A DNA stretch of 64,000 nt, taken from contig JAWODM010000041.1 of assembly GCA_046483305.1 (NCBI GenBank), positions 1-64,000 of the forward strand, in the 5' to 3' direction. Positions within the stretch are counted from its first letter, which is position 1, and each line of letters starts with the position of its first letter. The notes beneath the pieces are model-generated. The model searched no databases. It had not been told where the DNA came from and saw only the letters and a program-made list of their open reading frames with translations. The stretch is from Candidatus Krumholzibacteriales bacterium. Its GTDB lineage: Bacteria; Krumholzibacteriota; Krumholzibacteriia; Krumholzibacteriales; WJIX01. Made by a program: the position numbers and the translations under genes. Below are positions 38,001 through 46,221 of this stretch, piece after piece.

Positions 38001-39697
38001 TCGGGGAACTGTACCTGGAATCAGGCAACGAACCCCTGTCCAGAGAATACCTGATCCGTTCAATTTCTCTGGCTGAGAATAACCGAAGGGCGCAGAAAAG
38101 AATAAGCGATCTCGAATCCAGGCTTAAGGAACTTTCCGAATACGGCAAGGCGGGCAGAGATAACGATTCTGAGTATTACAGGATCCTCTGCCGGACCATT
38201 TCACTTCTGAGAACCATAAGTGAACCTGAAAAACTCTATGATACGGTGATAGAAACCGTCCTTCAGCTCACCGGGATGGAAAGGGCCTTGATCGCGGTGC
38301 GCGACAACCCCCGGGATTATTACACCGTCCTCACCTCAACCGGAGATTTTGAAAAAGGCCGGAAACTGTCATATGAAGACGATATTGTCTCTATCATCAA
38401 TATCGTAAACCAGATGGGATATACTCTCGATACATCCAGGATTTCCCTCCCACTGGATAAGGTAAGCGATAATTTCCTGAAGGAACATCCGCGGATTCTA
38501 TGTGTCCCCCTGAAGTTGAAGGGTGATCCCAACGGCTGTCTGTACCTTGACGCCTCACGCCTCGACCCGGAGATGGACGACAAGAACAAGGAGCTGCTTC
38601 TGGCGATAATTCAGCAGACGGCAACTTCTCTGGAGAGGACCCTGATGGAGGAAACCCGCTCCTCTCAGGGCGGTCAGATACCAACTCCCCCGGAAAGGAA
38701 AGGGGCTGGCGCCAAGAAATTCGATCATATCGTGAGCGAATCTTCGGCGATGTCGTCGGTATGCGAACTCCTCGAAGGAGTAAAGGAAATGGACACCACG
38801 GTTATCCTTACCGGCGAGAGCGGAACCGGAAAGGACCTGATCGTCAAAACCATTCATTATTCGAGCTCAAGAAAGGATTATAAATTCCAGGCGGTGAATG
38901 TATCCGCTCTGCCGAAAGATCTTCTGGAAAGTGAGCTTTTCGGACATGAGAAAGGCTCCTTCACCGGAGCCTACAGGCAGAAGAAAGGGCATTTCGAGAC
39001 AGCGGGAAAGGGAACCATATTCCTGAACGAAATTGGCGACCTGCCTCTCTCTCTGCAGCCAAAACTGCTCCAGGTCCTGGAAGAGAGAACTTTCTTCAGG
39101 GTAGGCGGAACCGAAGAGATCAGGACAGAGGCCAGGATTATTACAGCCACCAACAAGAACCTTCAGAAGCTGGTCAAAAAAGGTGCATTCAGGGAAGACC
39201 TCTACTACAGAATTAACATATTCCCCATTCGCATACCGTCACTCAGGGATAGAAAAGAAGATATTGCGCCGCTATGCGAACACTTCCTGGAAATGTACTG
39301 CAGGCTTTACAATCATCCGCTGAAGAGCATATCCCCGGAAGCGATGAGCTACCTGCAGAAGTATGACTGGCCCGGTAATATCAGGCAGCTCGAAAGCGTC
39401 ATCATCAGAATGATTATCGTATCCGGAAATGACCTGATAACCGCCGGAGACCTTCCCGAGAAAATAATCAGATATTCTGACGAATACAGGATCGAGGAAA
39501 CAATATCCTTCCAGGATACCATCGAGAATCTGGTGGAGATAATGGATTTTGACTCCGAAGATCCGATTTTGCCCAAAGTGGAGAACTCAGTTATCAGGAA
39601 AGTCGTCGATCTGGTGGGAGACAAGACCCGGGCGGCTTCCATCCTCGGAATTTCCAAACCAACTCTCTACAAACGACTGAAAAATAATGAAAAGTAA
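35051..39697 (+). CDS. Multi-domain sigma54 enhancer-binding protein (kinase-like remnant, P-loop, TPRs, GAF, AAA+, Fis-type HTH)
   Basis: GENGEGKS P-loop; TPR array; GAF-like region; GESGTGK, ELFGHEKGSFTGA, FREDLYYR, WPGNIRQL; AASILGISKPTLYKRL. Confidence 0.92.
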   Translation: METTTGEKKRKSRFMINTDIGEYPPWQGYDATDLLNANNYLLFSFLPPRNISLSLEDLHMRSNLFGELDSATLPILSLEKNGREIIFLLRRYNLTGLKDHLAKAGNGERLEILRKIAATVFAGWNRGLYFNNITLESLSIVDGHPVILPTAYLIPPGIAAGLTERDATGNDSCPRLFADMRSLGEIFSFFQTFLSGEESRSCADIAGKLRDPDCRGTSAELFKTLDMIKNFLGMEEELGAVTTREELLLPPPDRIREKIVESLEGMEDGGVIFIRGENGEGKSSLLKIILDEILPGYGFSGRMLSQDQLFSAEPEIELSRDEHSECILFDDHLQNPFLCCHISYKILRYARNGSPVICAVGSSTPEYFIEPLIRDCRRYSMPVETIELPQPDEGEKLQLLAGKLPPEKFSEYNEKPGTSGRMIWINYAVNLFLLSGEKEAERLDGPALLNRIGSMEKSILTFMAVFKFNIPLVILKKVYSTTEDSFFRALQNLINLGLVSEKAGESKLSRGTLCQLFSLSSRTLAEEIRGSIPAERRIQLNSNIVMLLENIPGIPSAYRNYHLLHSGEKESAAANYYKSFRKFLGQGSSSSISCIFSSFSNAELYNYLPLEMYAKLLVEAGDHFSFAGQFDEARNYYEKCREYISSHRQENKLRSLYVETIRKECDILERRGNFQQAEKILRRTIEEYSEQCTLKECSKLYNDLAWVYYRLGQFDKSWQNCIKVQKLVDKKELYSELAQSYNIMGTINWNRSKYEEAIFCHSKCLSLREQSNDRAGIASSFNNLGLVYRSSGKAEEAIECFSKSMKIKQKINNIPGLAAAYLNLSLVYLDKEDFGRALENSETACSYAEKTGNLELLAQAYGTIGEINYLKGEYDTADDYYKKALDICRKTKSTREEAIVLRRMSQLYLVMDQASMADNFLRQARKYNSRIGSHLETALLNEVEGELLVKSGEREAGISTLEKAALELSLLGRKNRAAIINIKLGELYLESGNEPLSREYLIRSISLAENNRRAQKRISDLESRLKELSEYGKAGRDNDSEYYRILCRTISLLRTISEPEKLYDTVIETVLQLTGMERALIAVRDNPRDYYTVLTSTGDFEKGRKLSYEDDIVSIINIVNQMGYTLDTSRISLPLDKVSDNFLKEHPRILCVPLKLKGDPNGCLYLDASRLDPEMDDKNKELLLAIIQQTATSLERTLMEETRSSQGGQIPTPPERKGAGAKKFDHIVSESSAMSSVCELLEGVKEMDTTVILTGESGTGKDLIVKTIHYSSSRKDYKFQAVNVSALPKDLLESELFGHEKGSFTGAYRQKKGHFETAGKGTIFLNEIGDLPLSLQPKLLQVLEERTFFRVGGTEEIRTEARIITATNKNLQKLVKKGAFREDLYYRINIFPIRIPSLRDRKEDIAPLCEHFLEMYCRLYNHPLKSISPEAMSYLQKYDWPGNIRQLESVIIRMIIVSGNDLITAGDLPEKIIRYSDEYRIEETISFQDTIENLVEIMDFDSEDPILPKVENSVIRKVVDLVGDKTRAASILGISKPTLYKRLKNNEK

Positions 39698-40571
39698 CAT
39701 CTCAAAAAGAAACCTGGCGCTCATCAGGTTCAGCGTGATCGTATTCATAATACTGCTGGCGTTATATATACCCCTGAAAATTCATATCAGCAAAGAGGAA
39801 GGTTCGCCGCCAATCGAGCATCAGGTCAGATTCGATATGATGATCACCCGAAACCTTTCCTGTGCTCTCACCCGCGGCGGCGGTTGCGCTAGCGGGGAGC
39901 GGATCGCGGAGATAATAGAGAACAATAACCCTTCGCTGCTTATCGACTATATGGAAATCACCCCGGGGCTTCTGAAAGCGGGGGCGCGAATGGAAGACCT
40001 TCCCATCGAAAAGTTAAAAAAAACCGGTTATCACGCGGTCGTCCCGGTAATCAGCGACGAAAATCCGCCGGAAGTCCTCTCCGGCTCCTTTCGGCTGTTG
40101 CAGCTCCCTCTGCCGCTGACCTCGGCCAATATCGTTCCCGGCAGAGAGGGCGGAAATAACCTCAGTCAGTGGATAATAGCAGGTATAGAAGGACAACAGA
40201 CGAAAACCGGCGAAAGAAGGGAGATCAAGGCGGGGATATTCAGCATCTCCCCTGCGGATTCCGTTCAGCCGGAATACAGCAGATTCAATAAGTACAATAT
40301 CATAAATCCGAAAATAGCGGCCCTGGAAGCTATCAACCGTATGAAGAGAGAGGGCTGCCACATTGTAATAGCTGTCTGCGGAGCAGGTGGTGAGAGAGAA
40401 CTTCTCGGCCTTCCGGGGATCGACATTATTCTGGAGAAAGCCGGGCAGACAACGACCAGCTCGAGCAAACAGCGAGTTAAGGTGAATTTCGGGGGAAGCG
40501 GCCTGCCGGCCGATATTTTCAGGGTGTTTTATTCAGCTGATTCAATCCGGGTTTCCCGGGTGGAATATTAA
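39687..40571 (+). CDS. Membrane-anchored hypothetical protein, degenerate 5'-nucleotidase/metallophosphoesterase-like fold
   Basis: N-terminal TM segment; LTSANI, KAGIFSI, MKREGCHIVIA, PGIDIIL resemble UshA-type N-domains, but metal ligands are absent. Confidence 0.55.
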   Translation: MKSNISKRNLALIRFSVIVFIILLALYIPLKIHISKEEGSPPIEHQVRFDMMITRNLSCALTRGGGCASGERIAEIIENNNPSLLIDYMEITPGLLKAGARMEDLPIEKLKKTGYHAVVPVISDENPPEVLSGSFRLLQLPLPLTSANIVPGREGGNNLSQWIIAGIEGQQTKTGERREIKAGIFSISPADSVQPEYSRFNKYNIINPKIAALEAINRMKREGCHIVIAVCGAGGERELLGLPGIDIILEKAGQTTTSSSKQRVKVNFGGSGLPADIFRVFYSADSIRVSRVEY

Positions 40572-40590
40572 CAGATGAAAGGAAAAAATA

Positions 40591-41346
40591 TTGCTGCTTT
40601 CAACAATGAAGGAATACCTCGACAACCTGCTTCAGATAAGTGAATTCAACTCGGATTCCTCCCTCAACGGCCTTCAGGTGGAAGGTTCCGGGAGAATAAG
40701 CAAAATATCTCTGGCGGTGGACGCCTGCAGGGCCTCCATCGGCAGAGCGGCCAGAAACGGATCAGACCTTCTGATAGTACATCACGGCCTCTTCTGGGGA
40801 GAGCAGAAACCGGTAACCGGAATCATGAAGGACAGGATAGAGCTTCTTATAAGCAACAGAATTTCCCTGTACGCGGCGCACCTCCCGCTGGACGCCCACC
40901 CCTCTCTCGGTAATAACGCTCAACTGGCTGAACTTCTCGAGCTGGAGAAATGCAGCCGCTTCGGTGAGTACGGAGGAAGGGAGATAGGAATAACCGGCGA
41001 ACTGCCGCGAAGCATCACCGCGCGGGGGCTGGCCAGAAAGATCGGATACCTTCTCTCAGCCCGGGTCGAATCATTCGATTTCGGCAAACAGAGGCTGAAG
41101 AAACTCGCGGTGGTATCGGGAGCGGGGGCTTCGCTGGCGGATCAGGCTGCATCGGCGGGCTGTGACGCTCTTCTGACCGGGGAAAAATCGCATTCAGTAT
41201 ATCACAACGCGTATGAGCGGAGGTTAACACTCTTTTGCGCGGGGCATTACGCCACCGAGACAGTGGGAATAAAAGCTCTGGGAAAACACCTCGAAACAGA
41301 GTTCAGGGTTGAAACAGTATTCCTTGATATTCCCACCGGTATATGA
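40591..41346 (+). CDS. Nif3/YbgI-like dinuclear metal-centre protein
   Basis: NGLQVEG, VHHGLFW, HLPLDAH, TGE, AGHYATE. Confidence 0.93.
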   Translation: MLLSTMKEYLDNLLQISEFNSDSSLNGLQVEGSGRISKISLAVDACRASIGRAARNGSDLLIVHHGLFWGEQKPVTGIMKDRIELLISNRISLYAAHLPLDAHPSLGNNAQLAELLELEKCSRFGEYGGREIGITGELPRSITARGLARKIGYLLSARVESFDFGKQRLKKLAVVSGAGASLADQAASAGCDALLTGEKSHSVYHNAYERRLTLFCAGHYATETVGIKALGKHLETEFRVETVFLDIPTGI

Positions 41347-41383
41347 GACCGGGCCCGGGTATTATTTCCCCGCGTAAAGTCTA

Positions 41384-42847
41384 TTACCGGCCGTTACGGC
41401 AGACTCTGAATCCGAAATCGGGCGAAGCAAGAAAGACGCTGTGGCTAAGCCGCTCAGCGGTATAACACATCTCTTGAAGGTCAACATTCCAGCTTCCGCC
41501 CCTGCCTGTTCTTGCGCCCCCGCTGAACGGCCCTCTGGGATTAACCGAAGCGGAAACGCTGTAGTAATCGGCATCGTAAAAATCCCAGCACCATTCCCAA
41601 ACATTCCCGCTCATATCATACAGGTCCAGGCTGTTAGGATTGAGCCCCCCTACCCTGTGAGTTTTCATTCCGGAATTTCCGCTGTGCCAGACACATTCAT
41701 CGGGGTCAGGGAAGAGATTACTCCCGCTATGTTTAACCCCATCGGAGAAGCTGTTTCCGTTAATATACCTGGCCGCGCATTCCCACTCCGCCTCGGTGGG
41801 CAGCCGGAATCCGTCCGCTTCCCAGTCCACGCAGGAGCTGTCGATATCTGTTTCAATGGATGAGTCCTTATAGACCTGCAGCAGTGAAGAAGTCCTGTAA
41901 TATACGGGTGAATACCCTTCCATTTCCGAAAATGCGTTGCACCAGGCCGCGCAATCGCGCCAGTTGACCATCACCACCGGATGCTGGTTCGTTGTATTGC
42001 TTCCGTATCCGGGCTGCCCCTCATTGGCGAAGCTGTAGCCGTTCGATTCTCCCCAGGTCTTAACCTTTGACCACAGGTAGTAGGTCACTTCGAATCTGCC
42101 GACAAGGAAGGAATCCAGGGTTACCCGGTGAACGGGCAGTTCGTCACTCTCAATTCCCCCTCCCATCGCAAAATCAGACACGCCGGGAACGGATACCATG
42201 GAATGAGTCAAATAAATTGTTATCGAGTCTGAATCGCTGTTTCCGTCGCTGTCAAAACCTGCAAGAACTATAAGATGCACCTGGCCGGAGAGCTGGTCTG
42301 TACTGAAAGTATTCCCAACTCCTATTCCACCGTCCAGGTCTGAGGTCCATACCAGCTGATTTCCGGTCAGCAGCCCATCCTCGCAATCCGTGCCTTCCCC
42401 GTTGAAGCTGATCATCTCTCCCTGGTAGAATGAACTCTGATCATCCGGCGAGATTATATTTACCACCGGCGGTTCATTGCTGGTAACATGTATGGTCACT
42501 TCATCGGAGGCGCAGTTATCTTCCATGTCACATCCTCTGAGAAGTATATTATGGGTATTAATCGAAAGGTTGTTCCTGGTGAAAGAGTATCCGGTACCAA
42601 TGGTATCATCCTGGTCCGATACCCAGACCAGCGCATCAGGCTGCAGCCCTACTCCTTTGTAATTTTCCGCTTCCGCCAGGAAAGGAATCGAATCCCCCTC
42701 CTGGAAATACTGGTTATTGAAAGGGCTTAAAATCTCCACGCCGGGAGTAAAATCAGGTTCCGGTTCGGCGACCTCCTCCTCGCTGCAGGAAAAGAGAAGT
42801 ACGGAAACCATCAGGAACCATGAAAAACAGAACGCTTTTTTCTTCAC
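41384..42847 (-). CDS. Lipoprotein with two Ig-like repeats and an FGE-sulfatase (SUMF1) domain
   Basis: Lipobox LFSC; two ISP...LVW.SD..G repeats; RLPTEAEWE, DMSGNVWEWCWD, RGGSW, FGFR. Confidence 0.9.
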   Translation of the reverse strand: MKKKAFCFSWFLMVSVLLFSCSEEEVAEPEPDFTPGVEILSPFNNQYFQEGDSIPFLAEAENYKGVGLQPDALVWVSDQDDTIGTGYSFTRNNLSINTHNILLRGCDMEDNCASDEVTIHVTSNEPPVVNIISPDDQSSFYQGEMISFNGEGTDCEDGLLTGNQLVWTSDLDGGIGVGNTFSTDQLSGQVHLIVLAGFDSDGNSDSDSITIYLTHSMVSVPGVSDFAMGGGIESDELPVHRVTLDSFLVGRFEVTYYLWSKVKTWGESNGYSFANEGQPGYGSNTTNQHPVVMVNWRDCAAWCNAFSEMEGYSPVYYRTSSLLQVYKDSSIETDIDSSCVDWEADGFRLPTEAEWECAARYINGNSFSDGVKHSGSNLFPDPDECVWHSGNSGMKTHRVGGLNPNSLDLYDMSGNVWEWCWDFYDADYYSVSASVNPRGPFSGGARTGRGGSWNVDLQEMCYTAERLSHSVFLASPDFGFRVCRNGR

Positions 42848-43024
42848 TTTAATTCCCTTTCAATTATTATTATATTTTCCCTTTCTGAAAATATAATATA
42901 AGATGCGCTGAATTTCACTGAATATATTCGCCCGGGATCGGATTAGAATGGCAGGCCGGCTGTATTACTTCTTGTTAAGCAACTGGATCATGGAATATAA
43001 TATCCGCCGGAAGGAGGTATTGAA

Positions 43025-44386
43025 TTGACGGGAAAATCGAATCGAATGACACCTGAGAGAGCCGAATTAATTATTGCAGCCGTCTGCCTGGCCCTGCTCC
43101 TGGCGGGGTGCCACTCCGCTCCGGCTCCGCCGGAACAGCCCGGCCCGGAAGCAGAGCTCCTTACAGAAGAACAGGTCAGGCTGAACCTGCAGTCCTTTGA
43201 CTATGTATGGGAAACCATTAACAGCAATTTCTGGAACCCGGAAATACTGGGCCTGGACTGGAAAAAACTTGGAGATGAATACAGGAAAAAGGTTGCCGCA
43301 GCGGAAACGATGAGTGAAGCCAGGCAGGCTATGAGCGGCCTGCTGGAGGAACTGGGCCATTCCCATTTCGGAATCATACCGGAAGAGGCCTATCTCGATA
43401 TAGCCGGGCCGGAAAGCAAGTCATCCACTGCGGGAGAGGTGGGGATAACCGCCAGGATCAGGAATAATAAACCTCTCGTTGTTTCGGTCAGAGAGGGAAG
43501 CTCTTCAGCGGCCGCCGGGGTCAGGCCGGGATGGGAGATAGTTTCCGTAAACAGGGTAGATCTGCGGGAGAGGTTTTCCAATCTGAGGGAGAATCTGAAG
43601 GGGAAACGGTTTCTTGACTATTCACTGAACGCCTCTCTTCTGCATTTAATGACCGGGCCGCCCGGAGATACCCTCGCCATGAGTTTCATGGATGGATCAG
43701 GCAATGAAGTATTGAAATCCCTCCCTCTATATTCGAGGAAGGGAAATCCTCACAAGTTCGGCTATCTGCCGGAATTCTACGTATGGCTGGATTACTCGGA
43801 GATCGATGGCAATATTGGGTATATCTCTTTCAGTTCATTTTTTGATCCCATGCATATTATGCCTGAATTTAATAAAGCGGTGATGTCATTCCTGGACAGG
43901 GACGGGATTATTATCGACATCCGGGGCAATCCGGGCGGTATCGGCGGCATGGCGATGGGGATGGCCGGCTGGTTTATAAATGAAAGGGGGAGATATCTGG
44001 GAAAACTTACTACCAGAGACAGCGAACTTAAACTTATAATCAATCCCCGGCCGGATACCTTCAGAGGGAAGGTGGCAGTGCTGGTGGATGAGATGTCCAC
44101 ATCCTCGTCGGAGTTTCTCGCCGGGGGACTGCAGGCGATCGGCGCCGCAAAGGTATTCGGAACCAGGACTCCGGGAGCGGCCCTCCCCTCGGTCATCGAC
44201 CGCCTGCCCAACGGGGACGCATTCCAGTACGTTATAGGTAATTATACAGCTGAGGACGGGACCAGGCTGGAAGGCAGAGGGGTCATTCCCGACTTTGAAA
44301 TAACCCCGGGAAGGGAACAGCTTCTGGAGAGCGGCGATCCGGTGCTGAAGGCAGCCGTGAATTGGATAAACGGAAATCCGGAATAG
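43025..44386 (+). CDS. S41-family peptidase lipoprotein
   Basis: Lipobox LAGC; SHF, PDZ-like region, DIRGNPGG, STSSSEF, GVIPD. Confidence 0.9.
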   Translation: MTGKSNRMTPERAELIIAAVCLALLLAGCHSAPAPPEQPGPEAELLTEEQVRLNLQSFDYVWETINSNFWNPEILGLDWKKLGDEYRKKVAAAETMSEARQAMSGLLEELGHSHFGIIPEEAYLDIAGPESKSSTAGEVGITARIRNNKPLVVSVREGSSSAAAGVRPGWEIVSVNRVDLRERFSNLRENLKGKRFLDYSLNASLLHLMTGPPGDTLAMSFMDGSGNEVLKSLPLYSRKGNPHKFGYLPEFYVWLDYSEIDGNIGYISFSSFFDPMHIMPEFNKAVMSFLDRDGIIIDIRGNPGGIGGMAMGMAGWFINERGRYLGKLTTRDSELKLIINPRPDTFRGKVAVLVDEMSTSSSEFLAGGLQAIGAAKVFGTRTPGAALPSVIDRLPNGDAFQYVIGNYTAEDGTRLEGRGVIPDFEITPGREQLLESGDPVLKAAVNWINGNPE

Positions 44387-44420
44387 AAAACGGGTTAATA
44401 CAATCAATGAAGGAGACGAG

Positions 44421-45239
44421 ATGTTTCAGAGAAAATACACAAAAAGATTTTCAATTAAATTTATGACTCTTGCCCTGGTGGCGGCTGCGGCAATCCTGTC
44501 CCTGGCCAAACCAGGTCCGGGTTGCCTCGCCTCGGAACTACCCCCGGCCGAAGAAGTGATAGAAAGTTATATAGAAGCAACCGGGGGCAGGGAGGCTTAT
44601 GCCAGGATAGATAACATTATGACCACCGGAAAATTCGAGATGCCCGACCAGGGTATGGTCATGAACATAACTTCCTATAACGCGCGGCCCAACCTGATGT
44701 ACGCGGTTATCGAATCTCCCCAGCTTGGGAAGATCGAAAGGGGAGTTTCCAGAGAAGGAGTGGCCTGGGAAAACAGCATGATGACGGGCCCCTCCATTAA
44801 AGAGGGAAAGGAAAAGCGGCAGATGCTGAACGACGCCCTGATAGACAGGATGATCAGGTGGAAAGATATTTACAGCAAGGCGGAGAACAAGGGAATAGAA
44901 GAAGTTGACGGCAAAGAATGCTATAAAGTTGTTTTCACCACTAAAAGCGGAAACGCCGAAACCTCATACTTCGACAGGGAATCCGGCCTGCTGGTAAAGA
45001 CCGAAAAAATAGTTCACTCCCAGATGGGCGATATGCCGTCGGTTGCCGCCATCGGGGATTACAGGGAGACAGATGGGATATTGACATCTTTCGTAACCGA
45101 AGTCACTCTTATGGGACAGACCAGGAAAATTACCCTGGAAAAGATCGAAACCAATATTGAGCTGCCCGATACTCTCTTTGACCTGCCGGAAGAGATTGCC
45201 TCTCTGCTGGAAAAGAAGAAAGAGGCCGAAACCGAATAG
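44421..45239 (+). CDS. Exported LolA/LppX-like beta-sheet protein
   Basis: Signal peptide; YIEATGG, EEVDGKECYKV, YFDRESGLL, DYRETDGI, LFDLP. Confidence 0.75.
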   Translation: MFQRKYTKRFSIKFMTLALVAAAAILSLAKPGPGCLASELPPAEEVIESYIEATGGREAYARIDNIMTTGKFEMPDQGMVMNITSYNARPNLMYAVIESPQLGKIERGVSREGVAWENSMMTGPSIKEGKEKRQMLNDALIDRMIRWKDIYSKAENKGIEEVDGKECYKVVFTTKSGNAETSYFDRESGLLVKTEKIVHSQMGDMPSVAAIGDYRETDGILTSFVTEVTLMGQTRKITLEKIETNIELPDTLFDLPEEIASLLEKKKEAETE

Positions 45240-45254
45240 GCAGGGTGATCGATT

Positions 45255-45566
45255 ATGACAAGAGTAATCGCCGAAGTGAAAGTTGTGCCGCTGGGAACAG
45301 GAGATACTTCGCTCAGTGAATATGTGGCCGATGTGGAGAAAATTCTCGAAAAACAGAAGCATCTGAAAACGCTGCTGACACCGATGTCCACCATAATAGA
45401 GGGCGACCTGGAAGCTGTTCTTGAAGCAGTCAGGAAAATGCACGAAGCGCCCTTCAGGAAAGGAGCGATGAGGGTCTCCACCCAGATTTCGATAGATGAC
45501 CGGCGCGACAGAAACGCCAGCATGGAAAAGAAGCTGGAATCGGTAAGAAAAAGAATGAATGAATAA
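45255..45566 (+). CDS. MTH1187/YkoF-family (DUF77) thiamine-binding protein
   Basis: VVPLGTGDTSLSEYVA, TPMSTIIEG, RVST.ISIDDRRD. Confidence 0.92.
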   Translation: MTRVIAEVKVVPLGTGDTSLSEYVADVEKILEKQKHLKTLLTPMSTIIEGDLEAVLEAVRKMHEAPFRKGAMRVSTQISIDDRRDRNASMEKKLESVRKRMNE

Positions 45567-45585
45567 CCCCGGCGGCAGGTAAAAA

Positions 45586-45659
45586 AGCGGGAGCCAGGGG
45601 TCGAACCTGAATCTGCTATCCAGGAAGGATAGGGCTCTATCCGGTTGAGCTACTCCCGC
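45586..45659 (-). tRNA. Non-canonical tRNA-Gly (anticodon TCC); CCA not encoded
   Basis: Complete cloverleaf: GCGGGAG TA GCTC AACCGGATA GAGC C CTATC CTTCCTG GATAG CAGAT TCAGG TTCGACC CCTGG CTCCCGC T. Confidence 0.9.
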
Positions 45660-45679
45660 CTGTTATGAAAAAAGGAAAT

Positions 45680-46042
45680 TTATTCTTCCCACTGATAGAT
45701 GCTCTCTCCGTAAATCTCAGCGTACCTTTTCTTCAACTCATGGAATATCTTTTCCACCTCCGGGTCCCAGGCGAAATTAACGTTGTCAGTGCGCCTTCTG
45801 TTATAGAGATCGAGCGCGATAACTATATCCCTGGACTCCTCCATGGTAAGGTTATATTCCTTCTCGGAAAGCCCCGTTTCAAGCTTTTCTATTATTCTCC
45901 CGTATCCGCTGCCGCAGCCCTCCCCGCTAAACACCGTAACTATTAAACCCCTGTCATCCACTTTCTTGCTCATCCTCGGCAGTTCCTCGAGCACTTCGAT
46001 AATCTTCCTGATTTTGTCGCTGCTTACCCGGGGGTGAATCAT
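45680..46042 (-). CDS. Hypothetical protein (120 aa) directly upstream of the tRNA
   Basis: Plausible ORF filling the interval; the stop codon is 20 nt before the tRNA 5' end; no motif recognised. Confidence 0.7.
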   Translation of the reverse strand: MIHPRVSSDKIRKIIEVLEELPRMSKKVDDRGLIVTVFSGEGCGSGYGRIIEKLETGLSEKEYNLTMEESRDIVIALDLYNRRRTDNVNFAWDPEVEKIFHELKKRYAEIYGESIYQWEE

Positions 46043-46221
46043 AACGGCTTTCCCGCAAATAAATATGAAATAACTCTATTCATATAAAGATTTCCATTTT
46101 AATATTATATAAGATCAGAGGGAACATATTAATAAAGAACTTTATATTAATTGATTGTCAATAATTTTTGCGATATTCTCAGCTATATGCCGGCAAAATC
46201 AGAAAAGGAGGCCCGGAGACG

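Noticed and set aside
41384..42847. FGE-sulfatase (C-type lectin fold) protein as a diversity-generating retroelement target
   Set aside because: No reverse transcriptase gene and no near-duplicate template repeat of its 3' end were seen in the window.
45586..45659. Reading the tRNA as tRNA-Arg(CCT) because of the A20 D-loop and CCT in the loop
   Set aside because: The CTATC/GATAG stem centres TCC at positions 34-36, and the acceptor stem and U73 are Gly-type.
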